Both the position numbers and the translations under genes were made by a program. Positions 37,209-49,999 of a stretch of 58,514 bases of DNA are shown in pieces (the stretch's first letter is position 1; every line of letters begins with the position of its first letter). Under the pieces are notes generated by a model. It had not been told where the DNA came from. It did no database searches and saw only the letters and a list, made by a program, of their open reading frames with translations. Source of the stretch: Craspedostauros australis. Its lineage: Eukaryota. Where the stretch lies: NCBI GenBank assembly GCA_030167865.1, contig JALAGF010006515.1, positions 1 through 58,514 of the forward strand, in the 5' to 3' direction.

Positions 37209-40200
37209 GGCGGCTGCAGTTGAGCAAGGGCGCGATGAGTGGACTGGAAATGGGCGATTGGCTTGCTGAAGAAATGCTGCGATCTTCAGAGGCACTCGTA
37301 TCTTCGTTCCTTCAGTTCTTCTTCTTCTTCTTGTGGATTGAAGTACTCTCCACGACCTTTGGTGCTCCACGCTCTCTGGAGTACTGCTCGTAGAGAGGCA
37401 ATAGCGGGAGATGGCTGTCGTCCCACAGATCCAAGGCCAGATCCGCAGCACTTGGCGACCCCAGGCGTCAGCGCAGACGCAATGGCAATGCTGAGACGAG
37501 GCCCGAAGATCTGATGTCGCGCCGATGGCTGTCATGGAGATGGATGGCATCAGTGCACGCGAGCAAGCTCTCACGAGCAGCGCGGCCAAATACATAGCCG
37601 CAAAAAGACGATGGACCATCATGATCGCTGCTCTTTCCCTGTGCTCTGCACAGAGTGGCCCGATCCTCCCTCCAATCAACACGGAAGCAGCTGCCCAAAC
37701 GCAAACCAGCTGTCTTGCATTGATCGTGGTGGTCATCGCAGAAACGCTTTGTCCACGGATCGTGGATACCAATCAACGTGATCGACTCACGTACCGTCTG
37801 TTGCAAACGTGCATTGTCAAAATAACAGAGTGTCCCAGATTAATATTGTATATCGCAGAAAAAATGATTATCGCGTCCTTCTCGCCACCAAAGGAAGCCA
37901 AACACTGTTGGTGATGTTCGTCTCTGTCCAGAGAGGACTACTGAAGAGTACATCGCACTGAACGCGGATTAGGCGAGGTGTCCTCCGCGTCGTTGGTGGA
38001 CGAATACATCTCATCTCTTTCGCAAGCGAGGAAGTGAAGGAGTCGAGAAAGAGGCAAAGAATTCCGATTTGGAGGCGAGCAGTTAGAGAAAGAACTTGAT
38101 GGATCAGCCGTAACGCAATGTGGAACATAATGGCGGGAAAACAGCGCGGACGCCATCCATTACCTTCTTCCGCCGTGATGATTCGAACATTGGACTGGTT
38201 ACATCCTTCGTTGCACGACACGGGCCACCATCCACCACGATGCTCCACAGCACTCTCCGCAGCAGATGAAGATGCGACGATGCGACCTTTTCCGCGACAC
38301 GAGAGATCGATAAGGCTCTGGAGGGACAATGAGGCGGCTGACGAAACTCGCAAGGGCACAAGGGAACGTATCTCTCTCACCGACGAGAAGATTGACGTGA
38401 TCTCTGCCAAGTTTCTTCTTACATGCACGATCTACCGTGCATAGATGGGAAGCTATGGTGTCGAAGGAGACAGGAACTAAGAGTGCGCAGCAGAAGGCTG
38501 GGCTAGGGTACGAGCTACGAATCACCAACATTCACTCTCATGTTGAAGACGCAGGGACTCTTCGCGGCGCCCCCACATCGTGGGCAACCAACCATCCACG
38601 AGGGGGGATTATGGTAAGAACCCAATGTCGGCAATGAAGATGCTGGTACCGCCCATGACGGCAACGGCACAACCTATCCCGCTGTTGCTCTCTAGAGTAC
38701 TCATGTCGGTTCTCCCCACGCAGGAAGCCCCCGCACAGTACCTCTGTTGAAGACTGATCACGATCACGGTCATAGCTCATGAAGGTTGGGAGCAGTTGGG
38801 GAATTCTACCCCTTCCATTGTCCTTGTTGGACTCGTCCCTCGACTTTGTTTTGGGCGCTCCCTGCCATGTCGGAGTATTCGCATGAGTGTCACTGGTAAC
38901 GCTCTCGGTGACGTTCCTTCTCTGTTGCCACACAGGCGGCGCTCCGAACAATCGAGACGCATGACCACCACAGGACGCGCCTTGTGGACGAAGGAGGCGC
39001 AACGAAACAAAGGCAACGCAACGCAACTCATGCAAAGAAAGGAGAAAAATACACACAAAAGAAGGTCGACAAAGCGATGACTTCTCGTGTTGACCTCTCC
39101 CCTGTTTGAGCACAATTGGGATGTTTTGCCTGGTCTGTTGATACGGTAGCAATTTCACGGTTTGTCGCGAGCGTGGGACAAAATTGCGCGAACAAGACGT
39201 CCACACATCTCTTTCCGATCGCGATCCGTCTTTGCGCTTTTGGTGGTTGGTGGAAGGGCATGTGTTCTTCCACAGACAAACATCGAGACAACAGGGGGGA
39301 AGGGAGGCGCTGGAGACTGTTGCTCCCCGAGAAGGAATGAGTGTAACGAATCTACTCAACTCCAGTAGAGTATGCACGGAACGAGCCATGTGTGCCAAAT
39401 GCAATCCGCAAGCTCATGTTTGCACAAAGGTCGGCCGTCTCGCAGAGAAACCGCATTTTGCAATCCTCCAAAACAACATGAAACACGGCATCGCAAAATG
39501 GCTGATCGTGATATCCGTTTCCATGTGGACATGTTGTGCCTTCCATCACAAAGAAGCTCCGGGCTTACTTAGATCAGCCCATTGATGTTCATTTGCAAAT
39601 CGGCATTCGTTGATCGTGACCACCTTTGTGAAACTTGAAAGCGCCCAAATGATGTTGCAGCACCATGCTTGTTCGCAAGTGATCCAGCATAAGAGGGATG
39701 TCGTTAGTACCTTAGGTACTCTTTTCTCGTTGCTTTGTAAAGTACCCCACCGTCTGCATGTATTATGTAGTAGTTCACTGCCGAGATTCATAAATGTCCA
39801 AACAAGTAAAATAGCGAATGCGGGAAGATGTCGCGAGGCAACCCAACCAAAAACTGACGCACGCCTCCATCTCCCGCGAAAACACGTGTTCTGTTTGCAT
39901 TGCGACAACGTCAGTGGGTGGATCAGACAGATGGCATGTCCCAATCAAACGCAAAAGCGCGGGACAGCGCAGTCATGGCCAACCATTCAAAATGGCTGAA
40001 CCGGTTCTTGCGCTGGACAACGCCAATGCTCCGGAGTGATGACCGAAGGAGGAATTGATCATTTTGTTGCGCCTGTTGCGCGTGTGCAATCACTGAGACG
40101 AACCCGCCAACCAGCTCCAATTCAGCCTCCTGCCCTCGCTACGTGGTTGTAATGGTGATGTCCACGTTGTTGGTGCTGTTGTTTTGCGACCACAGAGCGA

Positions 40201-40388
40201 CAAGCGGCAGCCTTGCGACGCGATCAGGATCACACCGAAAACGAAAATGCTGGCCCCAACAAACGTTGTCATAAATTGATCACAAGCCACTTCACAACCA
40301 CACGCTCATTTTCCATCCACATCCACAGCAACATCCACGTGCCAAAACCAGTGCGTCAAATCGACACCAGACCATCACAGCCAGCATC

Positions 40389-40808
40389 ATGATGAACGAC
40401 CACAAGACGAATCCACGCAATGCATCCAGCGCATCATCCAGTGCAGCAGCCACCTCGCTGTTTCACAGCCAACTGCAATCATCGCGAGCAGACACAAGCC
40501 AGCATCCAAGCCGCACGAACCCACTGCTGTTCCCACCATTTCTTCCCAGCAGTATGAACGGAGATCGGCTGCCATCCACACAGGCACATGGTCCGCTGCA
40601 CCAGCAGTTCATGGCGAATTGCGCATTCAGCCCGTTGGCATTCCAGACCAGACAGGAACAAATGGAATCATCACGAGTCGACCTCATGGAAACCATCGAC
40701 AATGTTTTGGACATCCTCAGAGACGATCTGGGCGATGACAACGTCGATGACGATGAGACCGTGCTGAGCAACGACAGCGACACAAACGGTCACTTCGAGC
40801 CGTGCTGA
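40389..40808 (+). CDS. Small disordered protein with C-terminal acidic amphipathic motif (copy 3)
   Basis: ATG after a CA-rich leader; contains RVDLMETIDNVLDILRDDLGDDNVDDDE. Confidence 0.65.
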   Translation: MMNDHKTNPRNASSASSSAAATSLFHSQLQSSRADTSQHPSRTNPLLFPPFLPSSMNGDRLPSTQAHGPLHQQFMANCAFSPLAFQTRQEQMESSRVDLMETIDNVLDILRDDLGDDNVDDDETVLSNDSDTNGHFEPC

Positions 40809-43089
40809 GGCGAAATGGAATATGGGACTGATGCACTCGAGAGCAGAGTGCTCTGCTCTTGATCACGCCAGCATTCCGACGGCAGGAGCATGGGACTCGG
40901 CCGTTCATACCCACAGACCGTACATGCACATAATGACAATGATAATGACAATGATAACCATAAGCTAGAACACGCCAAGCAAACAACAAAGGATGCAGCA
41001 CTGTAGAGCGCTCGACTATTGCATTTGACATTGATCGATAGAACACAGTAAAAGTGCACACTTGCGTAGACAATCCATGCTCTCTATTTGCGGCAATGCC
41101 TCGGGTTGTCGCAGCCCTTCTTGAGGGTGTTCAGTGCGATCTATTCGTACAACTCGTTGAACCCAGCCCCCCTCGTTTGATAGCTCTCCTTGCGAGATGA
41201 GTATCTGCTCGGGTATGCCTTGCACACTCCATCCAGAGTTGATGATGCCATCCCGGTCGTCTACGACGATCCCGACGCTTCGTTTCAATACCCGCAGAAT
41301 GCCATTTCTCTGACTCCACGAGTGCGTTACTTCTCCAAGAAAGCCATGCATGGGGGTGGGCGATGGTGGAATTGATGCCAGTAGTGCCCACCCTGGGTTG
41401 GTGACGCCGATGCCGCCCGAGACAATCTCGCTCATGCTCCGCCTGGATCCATTTTCCACCTTTTCCATGCTGACCTGCGGCTTGCTTATCCCACTTTGCC
41501 TGTGTACTCGCTTGGTAATAGCTGTATTGTACAATACGAGTATGTATAGTAGAAATAGTAGGGAGTGAATGCCCTCTTCTTGGAAACACTCGGAAATGCA
41601 GCAACAGTACAGTAGAGTACTCCATTCGTACGCGCGAAGCAAGGAAGCGCTACGACAGTCACTCATTTCCCATGAGGTTTGCGTACGAGCTGTGCATGGG
41701 AGCCCATCTTGGCCATCCTCGCGTGATACAATACCGTCCTGAGAGCTGGCATTCTGATGATGATTCCCACTATCATCTCTCTGCAACGCCTCCACACAAC
41801 GAACAGGTATGATATAATACAACCCTTCACAAGAGATCTGCGCGCACCTCCATTTGGCAGGGACGGCATGGTACACAGACCAGCAGCTTGAGGTACCGTG
41901 TCATTGGTTAGATCATGCTCGTATGCGCATGGTGTACATGCACAGATTGGTGTGCGCTGGGATGGTTCGTCGCTTGTTTTGTTTCCTTCAAGGCCAACAT
42001 CATTGTCATCATCCTCGTCGTCGTCATCGTCATCGGCGGCGGCATAAACATTGGCACGGACAACAGCGACAGCGATTGCAGCGGCAATGGTGCGACTATT
42101 ATCATCGAATACACTCACCAAGTGACGAGAGCGGATGCTCAAACAACTGGGGTTCTCTGCAAGGTTTGGTCGCGAGGCGCAACCAACAATCGAAAGCGAA
42201 ACTGCGGGTGGTATCGGCAGTGCAACATTCGTAGTCCTCTGGAGGGGCCTCTCGCAATAGGTTGCGGCACTACTCTATCCTACGAGTACGATCGTCCAGT
42301 ACGAGTGCATACTACTCTCTGGAGCAGTCAGCACTCTTCTTCCGTTTCTGACTTTGCACCCCGCGCGTTTGTGAAGGCGCTCCAGGAAACGCTTTTGGAG
42401 TTGCGTGCGTGTCCTTCGCTTTTCGCTCTGAGCCGTGATCAAACTGCAGCGGTTGCGACCACTTCCAACTCCACGTCACCTTTGCGACACGCCCAAGAAG
42501 CGCTCTGCAAATCAACGCACCTCGCAACGGTATCGGTTCAGCTCATCAAAACCAATAGTCGCGGATGGGTTGCCGATGCCGCTATCATGAAATTGTTGTT
42601 TGCGGGGGTGAGTACGGCAGATTGCTTCTCCGAGAGTCGAAGCCGATCGTGTCGGAGCGTCCCTCACTTCATTTGACGAGGCAAGGAGCACAGTTTATGA
42701 TTCTTCTCGTCTTTTGGTTGAGCAATCACACGCGAACCATTTCGAGCGCAGTTTGAAGCTCTGAGCTGAGTGCTGTCCAAATGATTGTCGTCTCTGAATC
42801 ACCAATCGGGAGCAGCCTGGCCTGATACGCAACTTGACAGTTCCCTCCAAATGAGTTGATGAATGGATGGATGAAAGTGAAGTCATGTGCAAGTATGCTA
42901 CAAGCTGATGTTTTGGAAAGCAGTTCTAGGAGAGAATGTCACGAGGTATGGAGTGTATGTACGAGTATGTATAAGAGTATAGAATGGAATGTGGTGGCAT
43001 GCGTACGAGTATGGCAGAGGAGAGTGGTGGAAGGAGATGGAGATAACGATGGCACTGCAATTGGTATTCGATGCGATTGCCAACGGCCT

Positions 43090-44877
43090 TCAGTTTGCAG
43101 AATGAAAGAGCGTCGGCTGGTTCCTCAAAAAGTAGTAGATCACATGGTGCTGGAATGGAGCCCCTTGCTTCGAACCGTTTGGCGCGGTTGTTACGTCATC
43201 CGAAGAGTGTGCATCTCGGCAGTTGCAACTGTTGCCGTCGTCAGAATCTCTATCAACTCTGTGGAATATGTGAGGCCACAAACCTGGCGGGATGTGTGAC
43301 GGAGCTGGTGTGCACGACGACGACAACGACGATGAGGGTGGCCATGAGGCACATATCAACCGCCTGCCATATCGATTGAGCATCGTCCAGTACTTGACTT
43401 CCAATGCCAGCGCGGGATCCATGTCCGCCGACGCCCGCGGACGATCCAGGTGTATGGTTGTTAGGTCCATATTGCGCTGCAGCATGTCGAGGAGAGACCG
43501 CAGAGCCTTGGATGTTTTCAATCGATTGAATTTCAAGTTCAGCTCTTCCAATCTGGTGTGTTGGGATGCTTTTAACGCTGCGGATATAACGCGGATGCCA
43601 ACATCGGTCACGCCGCAGGAAGAAATATCCAGCCGGCGCAGGATGGAGTTGTGGGATAGCACACGCGCCAGAGGAGCCAGACATTCCGATTCGTCGGAGA
43701 GATTGAACCCCGTCATGCGCAGATTGGCAAGCGTCGTGTTCGTCTCCAAAGCATCAAAGAAGGCGCGGAACGACGCCTGTAGGATGGCGTCGTTGGTGGA
43801 CGATGCCACGATCTGCGGGTTGGAGAGGTCGAGCGATCGGATGGCGGGTCCAGGTCTAGGATGTTCATCAGTTGATGATGATGGTGATGATGATGTTGAC
43901 GGCACCTCTGTGCCATCACGTTTACCATCACCCGACCGCAGCAACTTCGCGAGGCCGTTGAAGGTTTGGTGAGCGCAGTGATTCCCCGTGAGATTGATGG
44001 TATGCAAGCGAGGATGATGCTGCAGCGATTGGCAAATGGCACCGAACAAGTCATCGGATAGGCCAGTAAACTTGAACTCCAGGACCTCGAGGCTTGCATT
44101 GCGCCGGAAGGCATCGACGATGCGTTGCGTCACGCAGTCCGGGTAGGTTTCGTGGTTGGTGCGCTCATCTCGAATGAAGTCGCCACAGCAGATGGAGAGC
44201 ATGCGCAAGGTGGTGCTGAATGCGATACCGTCCAGGAGATGGCTGAACGGGAACATGTCGTGGCCGGTTTGACGGAAGGATTCGGTGCAGTAGTCCTGGA
44301 AGCGCTCCACATACCGGCCTTCCGGCAACGATATGACCAGCTCTTGGATGTTGGAAGTGAGAAGCCGCTGAAAGGCCTGCTGCTGATTCCGGAACAATCG
44401 CGCATCGGCGCTGCTGGCATCGTAGGCCTGGAAGAGCATGGCCGAGCTCCCAATGATCTTCAAGGACGTAACGGAGGTTCGGGACAGCGCGGCGTACAGG
44501 TCGATGAGGCATTGATTGTCAATGTCATGATGGCTGTTGCGCCCACGACCTGCGGCATTGGCGTGCGCGTCGATCGCCGCAAGACTCCCGCGATGGTGGA
44601 AGCGCTCACATGATGAGAAGATGACGGATCGCAGCTGCGTCGCATGCTGCTCCAGAATCTGCACGACCTTTTGCGTGACGAGACGGCTGAAGGTGACGCA
44701 GCGCAGTTCGACCGTGTCCACGCGGTCCTCCTCGTCCAGGCCGGCAGAGGATCGGACATGCTCGTGCTTCTGCATCGAAGGCTTGAGGCATTCCTCCGTT
44801 CCTTCGCTGGTGACTCTGGGGAAGAGGATGAGGTGATTCTTCCTCCGCAGCACCGTCACGAACGTCGCCATCGTCAT
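43090..44877 (-). CDS. RNI-like (NLRC3-type) leucine-rich repeat protein
   Basis: NASLEVLEF, LHTINLTGN, NTTLANL, NSILRRLDISSCGVTDVG, LEELNLKFNRL; C-terminal YWTMLNRYGRRL..PGLWPHIF..VIYYFLR, as recalled from expanded diatom LRR families. Confidence 0.85.
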   Translation of the reverse strand: MTMATFVTVLRRKNHLILFPRVTSEGTEECLKPSMQKHEHVRSSAGLDEEDRVDTVELRCVTFSRLVTQKVVQILEQHATQLRSVIFSSCERFHHRGSLAAIDAHANAAGRGRNSHHDIDNQCLIDLYAALSRTSVTSLKIIGSSAMLFQAYDASSADARLFRNQQQAFQRLLTSNIQELVISLPEGRYVERFQDYCTESFRQTGHDMFPFSHLLDGIAFSTTLRMLSICCGDFIRDERTNHETYPDCVTQRIVDAFRRNASLEVLEFKFTGLSDDLFGAICQSLQHHPRLHTINLTGNHCAHQTFNGLAKLLRSGDGKRDGTEVPSTSSSPSSSTDEHPRPGPAIRSLDLSNPQIVASSTNDAILQASFRAFFDALETNTTLANLRMTGFNLSDESECLAPLARVLSHNSILRRLDISSCGVTDVGIRVISAALKASQHTRLEELNLKFNRLKTSKALRSLLDMLQRNMDLTTIHLDRPRASADMDPALALEVKYWTMLNRYGRRLICASWPPSSSLSSSCTPAPSHIPPGLWPHIFHRVDRDSDDGNSCNCRDAHSSDDVTTAPNGSKQGAPFQHHVIYYFLRNQPTLFHSAN

Positions 44878-45774
44878 CAACTCGTTTCCGCTGTGTTATT
44901 CTCTGTGCTATTCTCTGTGCTGTGTTGTACAATACCAGTGTATTGGAAGGTGGGCAGGAACGTATGCCACTCGTATGATACTATAAGCAGGCGCTCGGAG
45001 TGCTGCGCAATGGCTGTCTGGACGATGCAGTTGTGATGCCGGAGATGGAGAGTGTGCAGCAGAGGAGAGAGCTTCTCTTCTTCAACCATCGCAACCACAA
45101 CCAAACAACAGAACGCAACGCAATGCCTCCTGATGGCTGCAGAAGCATTGTCCCACATGTCCATTCATGTTGCCGTCGCCATCACTCCATCGCCGACCTG
45201 GAGTGGAACGGAACAAGAACAACAGAGAGCAGACACCACAAATGAGCACAAAGAACAAATCCAACAGATGGTGCCAACGCCATTTGGCAAAAGGCGCAAG
45301 AATGGAATGCGAAGTCCGGCTGGTCGCCATGTTCCGTTTCTCCTTGTCCAATGGTATTTGGTCCATCTGGTCCAGCTGCTACGGAAAGGAACACTGGGGA
45401 GAACCACTAATACTGAGAAAGTTAGTATAATTACCGTTGCTCCAACTGCAGATAGCTCTAAATCTAATTTATTTGTCGAATATCAATCTATATGAAATGT
45501 GGGACTCGACTACATACTCGGAAATAGACTATATTCGAAAAACAGAATTCCATCTATAGCTATGTTTGCAACCAAAGAAGAAGAAACAACACATCATCGT
45601 GACGAACAGAAGAGACATGACGAAAGATCGCACAACACAGCCATCGCAACCATCACAACGCTGGGACTGGGAGCTAGCATCCATACTGCTCCATCAAGTC
45701 TACTATACCACACTATACACTATTATACATTGTCTCACATTATAGAATACCAAAGTTGAGCAACAATTGTGAAC

Positions 45775-47133
45775 ATGAGGAGGCTGATCAGCGTTCTGCC
45801 ATCCAGGCTGCGTGCTGGCGGATCTTGCATGCACCCCATCTCCAGCCAGGTGCGATCGTTGATCATTCCATCAGCCGCCGCAGGTCCTGCCATCTCAACA
45901 ACTGCGAGTGGGCGCACCACGTTGCATCCAACTTCCGCAGCCGTGAATGCGCCAGCACCCGACATGACACAGCGATGGAACTCCGGCAGCACGGACAAAG
46001 GCGACGAACTGTACCAACAAGCGATGGATGCCACGGCCAAATCGCAGGAACTGCAAAAGGAGAAGGAGAAGACGCAGAACGAGCGCATGTTCGAGGCGTG
46101 GCAGAGCTCGCAGGAGTCGTCGGCATCCACCAAAGTCCAGGGCGTCAAGGTCGTGCAGACCCTCGCCAAGGCCACGCGATCGCCGAACATGGACGACCAG
46201 ATCGAGGCATGCAACCAGCTCGCCACGCGGTGTCTCAAAGAGGCCGCGCTGCAGCACCAGCATCCCATGGCCTTGGTGCAGCTGGCCAATCGGACCTTGC
46301 AAGATCTGAAACACGACGACAGCATGTCGCGAGATGACAAACGCGCCGCGATCGACGAGGCCATGGACATGTTCCAAAAGGCCGGCGACCGCGGCAACCG
46401 AGTGGGTTACTACAACCTGGGTCAGCTGCTGTGGACAGGATACCCGGCATTCGAGACGGACGATCCCATGGAGGCCGTCGACGAGGCCGTCGAAAAGGAT
46501 TTCAAGGCATCCCAACTCCTGCCACCCGACGTGCACCGCGCCATGGAGATCTTCACGCACGCCATCGATCTGGGCGACGTCGACGCCATGTACTTGGTCG
46601 GTGTGCATCGCATGGCGACGGGCGGTTCCGACGGCGTCTTTGCCGGATACAAGCTCGTGCAGAAGGCGGCCGATCTGGGACACGGCGGCGCCAAGTACTA
46701 CCTGGCCCTGCTGCATTTGAACGGCGAAGAAAAGCTGGCGCTGCCACCGTGCACGCCGCAACAATTCATGCAACGCTTGGACGACGCCGTCGCGGCCGGT
46801 GATTTGGATGCGACGTTCACGCGCGCGCATTCGTACTATCATGGCACGGAAGGGTACGAGCAAGATGAGCAGAAGGCGCTGTTGGATTTCCTCAAGGCCG
46901 CCGATGCAGGACACGCCGATTCGGCCGTGTCGGCCGGGGCCGTGCTGTTCCATGGCGTGGACGGCGTCATCGAGCCCGATATGGAGAAGGCGTTTCAGCT
47001 GTATCAGCAAGCCGGCGAGTTGGGCAGCAAGGAAGGTTGGCAGAACGTCGTGGAGTGTTACCGATCGGGTCAAGGCGTGCCGCAGTCCGAATCGACGGCG
47101 CAGTACATCGAGGAGACCATGTTGCGGTCGTAG
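45775..47133 (+). CDS. Sel1-repeat (TPR-like) protein, probably mitochondrial
   Basis: Arg/Ser-rich presequence MRRLISVLPSRLRAGG; repeats FQKAGDRGNRVGYYNLG, VQKAADLGHGGAKYYLA, FLKAADAGHADSA, YQQAGELG..CYRSGQGV. Confidence 0.9.
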   Translation: MRRLISVLPSRLRAGGSCMHPISSQVRSLIIPSAAAGPAISTTASGRTTLHPTSAAVNAPAPDMTQRWNSGSTDKGDELYQQAMDATAKSQELQKEKEKTQNERMFEAWQSSQESSASTKVQGVKVVQTLAKATRSPNMDDQIEACNQLATRCLKEAALQHQHPMALVQLANRTLQDLKHDDSMSRDDKRAAIDEAMDMFQKAGDRGNRVGYYNLGQLLWTGYPAFETDDPMEAVDEAVEKDFKASQLLPPDVHRAMEIFTHAIDLGDVDAMYLVGVHRMATGGSDGVFAGYKLVQKAADLGHGGAKYYLALLHLNGEEKLALPPCTPQQFMQRLDDAVAAGDLDATFTRAHSYYHGTEGYEQDEQKALLDFLKAADAGHADSAVSAGAVLFHGVDGVIEPDMEKAFQLYQQAGELGSKEGWQNVVECYRSGQGVPQSESTAQYIEETMLRS

Positions 47134-47443
47134 AATATATCGCATAATAGCGCATGGTCATTGATGGGCATAGAATGGCATTGCATGGCATTGTCAAATG
47201 AGCAGAGCAAGGTATCGCAGCTGCTCTGGCGGAAATGAATTTGGGCTTGAATCTGAGTTTTGCTTCCACGTGGAAGCTTAGCCACCCAATTCCGGTGACA
47301 GGATAAGATTCTTTGCGCTTTTTGTGCAGATCATTGAAAGCACATGCCACGTGCTTGCCATCATCATCATCATGACGATACGGACGCAACCACAAACATG
47401 CGTCCACAAGAGATGGACGCGGCTGTTTAGTTGCATGCACAGG

Positions 47444-49999
47444 ATGGGTGCCCGCATGATGATGATGACCGTGGCATGCATCGCTGCGTTTCAGCCAACC
47501 ACCGCCTTCGTGCCACCATCCGCACGATATGCGCCATATTCCATGCTATATGCCGAACCACAAATACCGGACTTGTCGCAGATCATCCACGAGCTGCGAC
47601 AACGCGACATTCGATTTCCGCCGACAGCCACGAAGTTGGAGCTGCTGGCCTTGTTGGAGACGCCATCGCAGGACGATGCGATTGGCATGGAAGAATTGAG
47701 GGCCGAGTTTGCAAGGCGCAGTCTGCCGTTTGCGTGCGATGCTTCGCGTGAAGAACTGGAAGCCCTGTTGGTGGCTCATGAGCGCAGCATGCAGCGCGGT
47801 ACGACGCAACAACGCAGATCCAGGCGATCTCGAAGGAAAGAGGAGCAGGGTTCATCCGCTGATGATGTCACGAAACAACGAGGGTCGTCATCAGCAGCCA
47901 CACGACCTCGAGAGGAGCCATCATCAATGAAAGAGGACGCAGCAAAAGAGCAAACTTCGGCATCACCACAACCTCGAGCGCAAGAGGAGCGATCGTCTGC
48001 GACAACGACGACACAACGACGAACATCGTCGAGACAGCAACAAACATCGCGCGCCAAATCGATGACGGAACTGTTGGCCGAGTGCGACCGCCGCGGGATA
48101 CCGTATCCACAACGTGGCACGCGTAGCGATTTGGAACAGCTGTTGCGCAATGAGTCTGTGCGACGACGTCAGCGCTCCTCTTCTTTTTCGCGTATCTCGC
48201 AAAAGGCGGCGCGTGTGGCGACGGTCCAAGCCAAGCGGGTTTCGAGGCAGGTTTCGGATCTGTTGCATGAGATGGAACAAGTCGACGAGCGCGGGCAACC
48301 GCAAGAACAACCGCAAGAAGAAGAAGAAGAAGAAGAAGCGCGGTATGCAGAGGCAGAGCCCGTTCCATTTCCATCTTCCAAGAACCAGAAACAACAGAAG
48401 GAGGTGCACCAGCAACAGCAACAGCAGCAGCAACAGCAAACTCAATCAACAGCACAAACAGCACCACAATCACGACCAACAGAAGGTGACGAACCAACCA
48501 AGAACGAGGATACGGCAGCAACAGTCGATTCAACTGCGGCTTCAATAAGACTCCCCTTGGAGGAACTGTTGAAACAGCTCAATGCCAAGCGCATACCCTT
48601 CCCACCCAACGCATCACGGTTCGACCTCGAAGCGTTGTTGAAACAGCGACGCCCACCCACGAATGTTGCGGAACCCGATGTCATCGATGTTGTCGCGGAA
48701 CCTGTGGCTGGGCAACATCGAAGGCGACGCAATACATCGCGCGAGACTATGCAGCGACCACGAAGGAGTCCAATGCAGGAACCGGAGGCATCACGACGAA
48801 GGCAACCGCCATCGAGAGAATCGAATGAGCCAAGACGAAGAAGGCAACCACCACCACCATCGAGAGAATCGAATGAGCCACGACGGCCAACCTCCGAGGC
48901 CAACTTTCGTCGTCGCAGAGATCCATACGATGCTCCCAGATCTCAACGACGGCCTCGATCTCGGCCTGCACATCAGGGCGATATTCCTTCGCGCATACCT
49001 GATCTCCCTCAACTTCCTGGAACTTCTCCTCCTTCTTCTTCCTCACAACGACAGCAGCGACGACGACAACGACAACAGGAACAGCAACAACAACAAAAAG
49101 AACAACAACCGGAACCACCAAGACAAAGGAAACGACCACAACGGAATACTCGTGATGAATCCACCAAGCGGATCTATTCGCCATACGACGATGTTCCGTC
49201 GATGGATTACCTCAATGAAGATGGTACCATCAAGGATGCCTTCGACCGTTGGGGCGATTATGCTTCGCATGCCGTCGATCGATTGCTGTGGGGTGACGAA
49301 GAAGAAGATGAACAACAGCAACAGCAGCAGCAACAGCAGCAGCAACAGCAGCAGCAACGTGAGACGCAACGATCGTCACAGCCACAATCGCAAGCACCAT
49401 CCAACCGTCGCCGCAGTCGTCGCGGCGGCACTGCAAGCAATAGTGCGGAGCAATCGGAGAAATCCAAGAGATTTTGGAAAGATCGCATGGAAGAATCGTT
49501 CGACAAAGTGTTGGGCCTGCATTCCGATACCAACAACTACAACCGATGGGAAGAAGACGAACGGCAGCAAGAAAACAGCGACGACGATCGCCGAGGTGTT
49601 GCCTCCACACGCAGACGTAAGCCAAAACGTCGCAAACGAGAACACATCGACGATGCAGTCTTTGGTGGATTGTTCGGCACGCGCCATTGGACGGAAAATG
49701 AACCGCGCGAACCCCGCCTCAGTGGTTCCATCGTGGCGGTGGCAGAAACGTTGACGCGGTCTGCCGTGCCGGTGTTGCGACGTGTCTGTCGATGGGCCGG
49801 TGTGGGCGGGACGCTGCCGCAACCGTTGGTGGGGGCTGCGATTGTCATCGCAGGTCTCGCAGCGCGGCCTGGTCGCAAATTGATCGACATGGTCGTGACG
49901 ATCATCGTCCTGCGCGTGTTCGGTGAGGTCGTTCAGGAGTATCTCTACGATGGCAACAACGACGCCGAGGAGGAGCGTGTGAACGTTCGGGATCCGTAA
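47444..49999 (+). CDS. Predicted plastid-targeted protein with four HeH/LEM/Ish1-like repeats, Arg/Gln-rich linkers and C-terminal TM segments
   Basis: Presequence ..VACIAAFQPTTA-FVPP; four copies of L..EL..R.I.FP..A.R.DLE.LL; hydrophobic C-terminus. Confidence 0.8.
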   Translation: MGARMMMMTVACIAAFQPTTAFVPPSARYAPYSMLYAEPQIPDLSQIIHELRQRDIRFPPTATKLELLALLETPSQDDAIGMEELRAEFARRSLPFACDASREELEALLVAHERSMQRGTTQQRRSRRSRRKEEQGSSADDVTKQRGSSSAATRPREEPSSMKEDAAKEQTSASPQPRAQEERSSATTTTQRRTSSRQQQTSRAKSMTELLAECDRRGIPYPQRGTRSDLEQLLRNESVRRRQRSSSFSRISQKAARVATVQAKRVSRQVSDLLHEMEQVDERGQPQEQPQEEEEEEEARYAEAEPVPFPSSKNQKQQKEVHQQQQQQQQQQTQSTAQTAPQSRPTEGDEPTKNEDTAATVDSTAASIRLPLEELLKQLNAKRIPFPPNASRFDLEALLKQRRPPTNVAEPDVIDVVAEPVAGQHRRRRNTSRETMQRPRRSPMQEPEASRRRQPPSRESNEPRRRRQPPPPSRESNEPRRPTSEANFRRRRDPYDAPRSQRRPRSRPAHQGDIPSRIPDLPQLPGTSPPSSSSQRQQRRRQRQQEQQQQQKEQQPEPPRQRKRPQRNTRDESTKRIYSPYDDVPSMDYLNEDGTIKDAFDRWGDYASHAVDRLLWGDEEEDEQQQQQQQQQQQQQQQRETQRSSQPQSQAPSNRRRSRRGGTASNSAEQSEKSKRFWKDRMEESFDKVLGLHSDTNNYNRWEEDERQQENSDDDRRGVASTRRRKPKRRKREHIDDAVFGGLFGTRHWTENEPREPRLSGSIVAVAETLTRSAVPVLRRVCRWAGVGGTLPQPLVGAAIVIAGLAARPGRKLIDMVVTIIVLRVFGEVVQEYLYDGNNDAEEERVNVRDP

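Noticed and set aside
37800..40300. Protein-like fragments (e.g. 38118-38444, 39546-39944)
   Set aside because: Could be pseudogene debris, but no family is recognisable and frames are interrupted
41016..42700. ORFs of 160-290 aa in the convergent intergenic region
   Set aside because: No convincing start context, codon bias or motifs
45895..47145. 416-aa minus-strand ORF
   Set aside because: Antisense shadow of the high-GC3 Sel1-repeat gene
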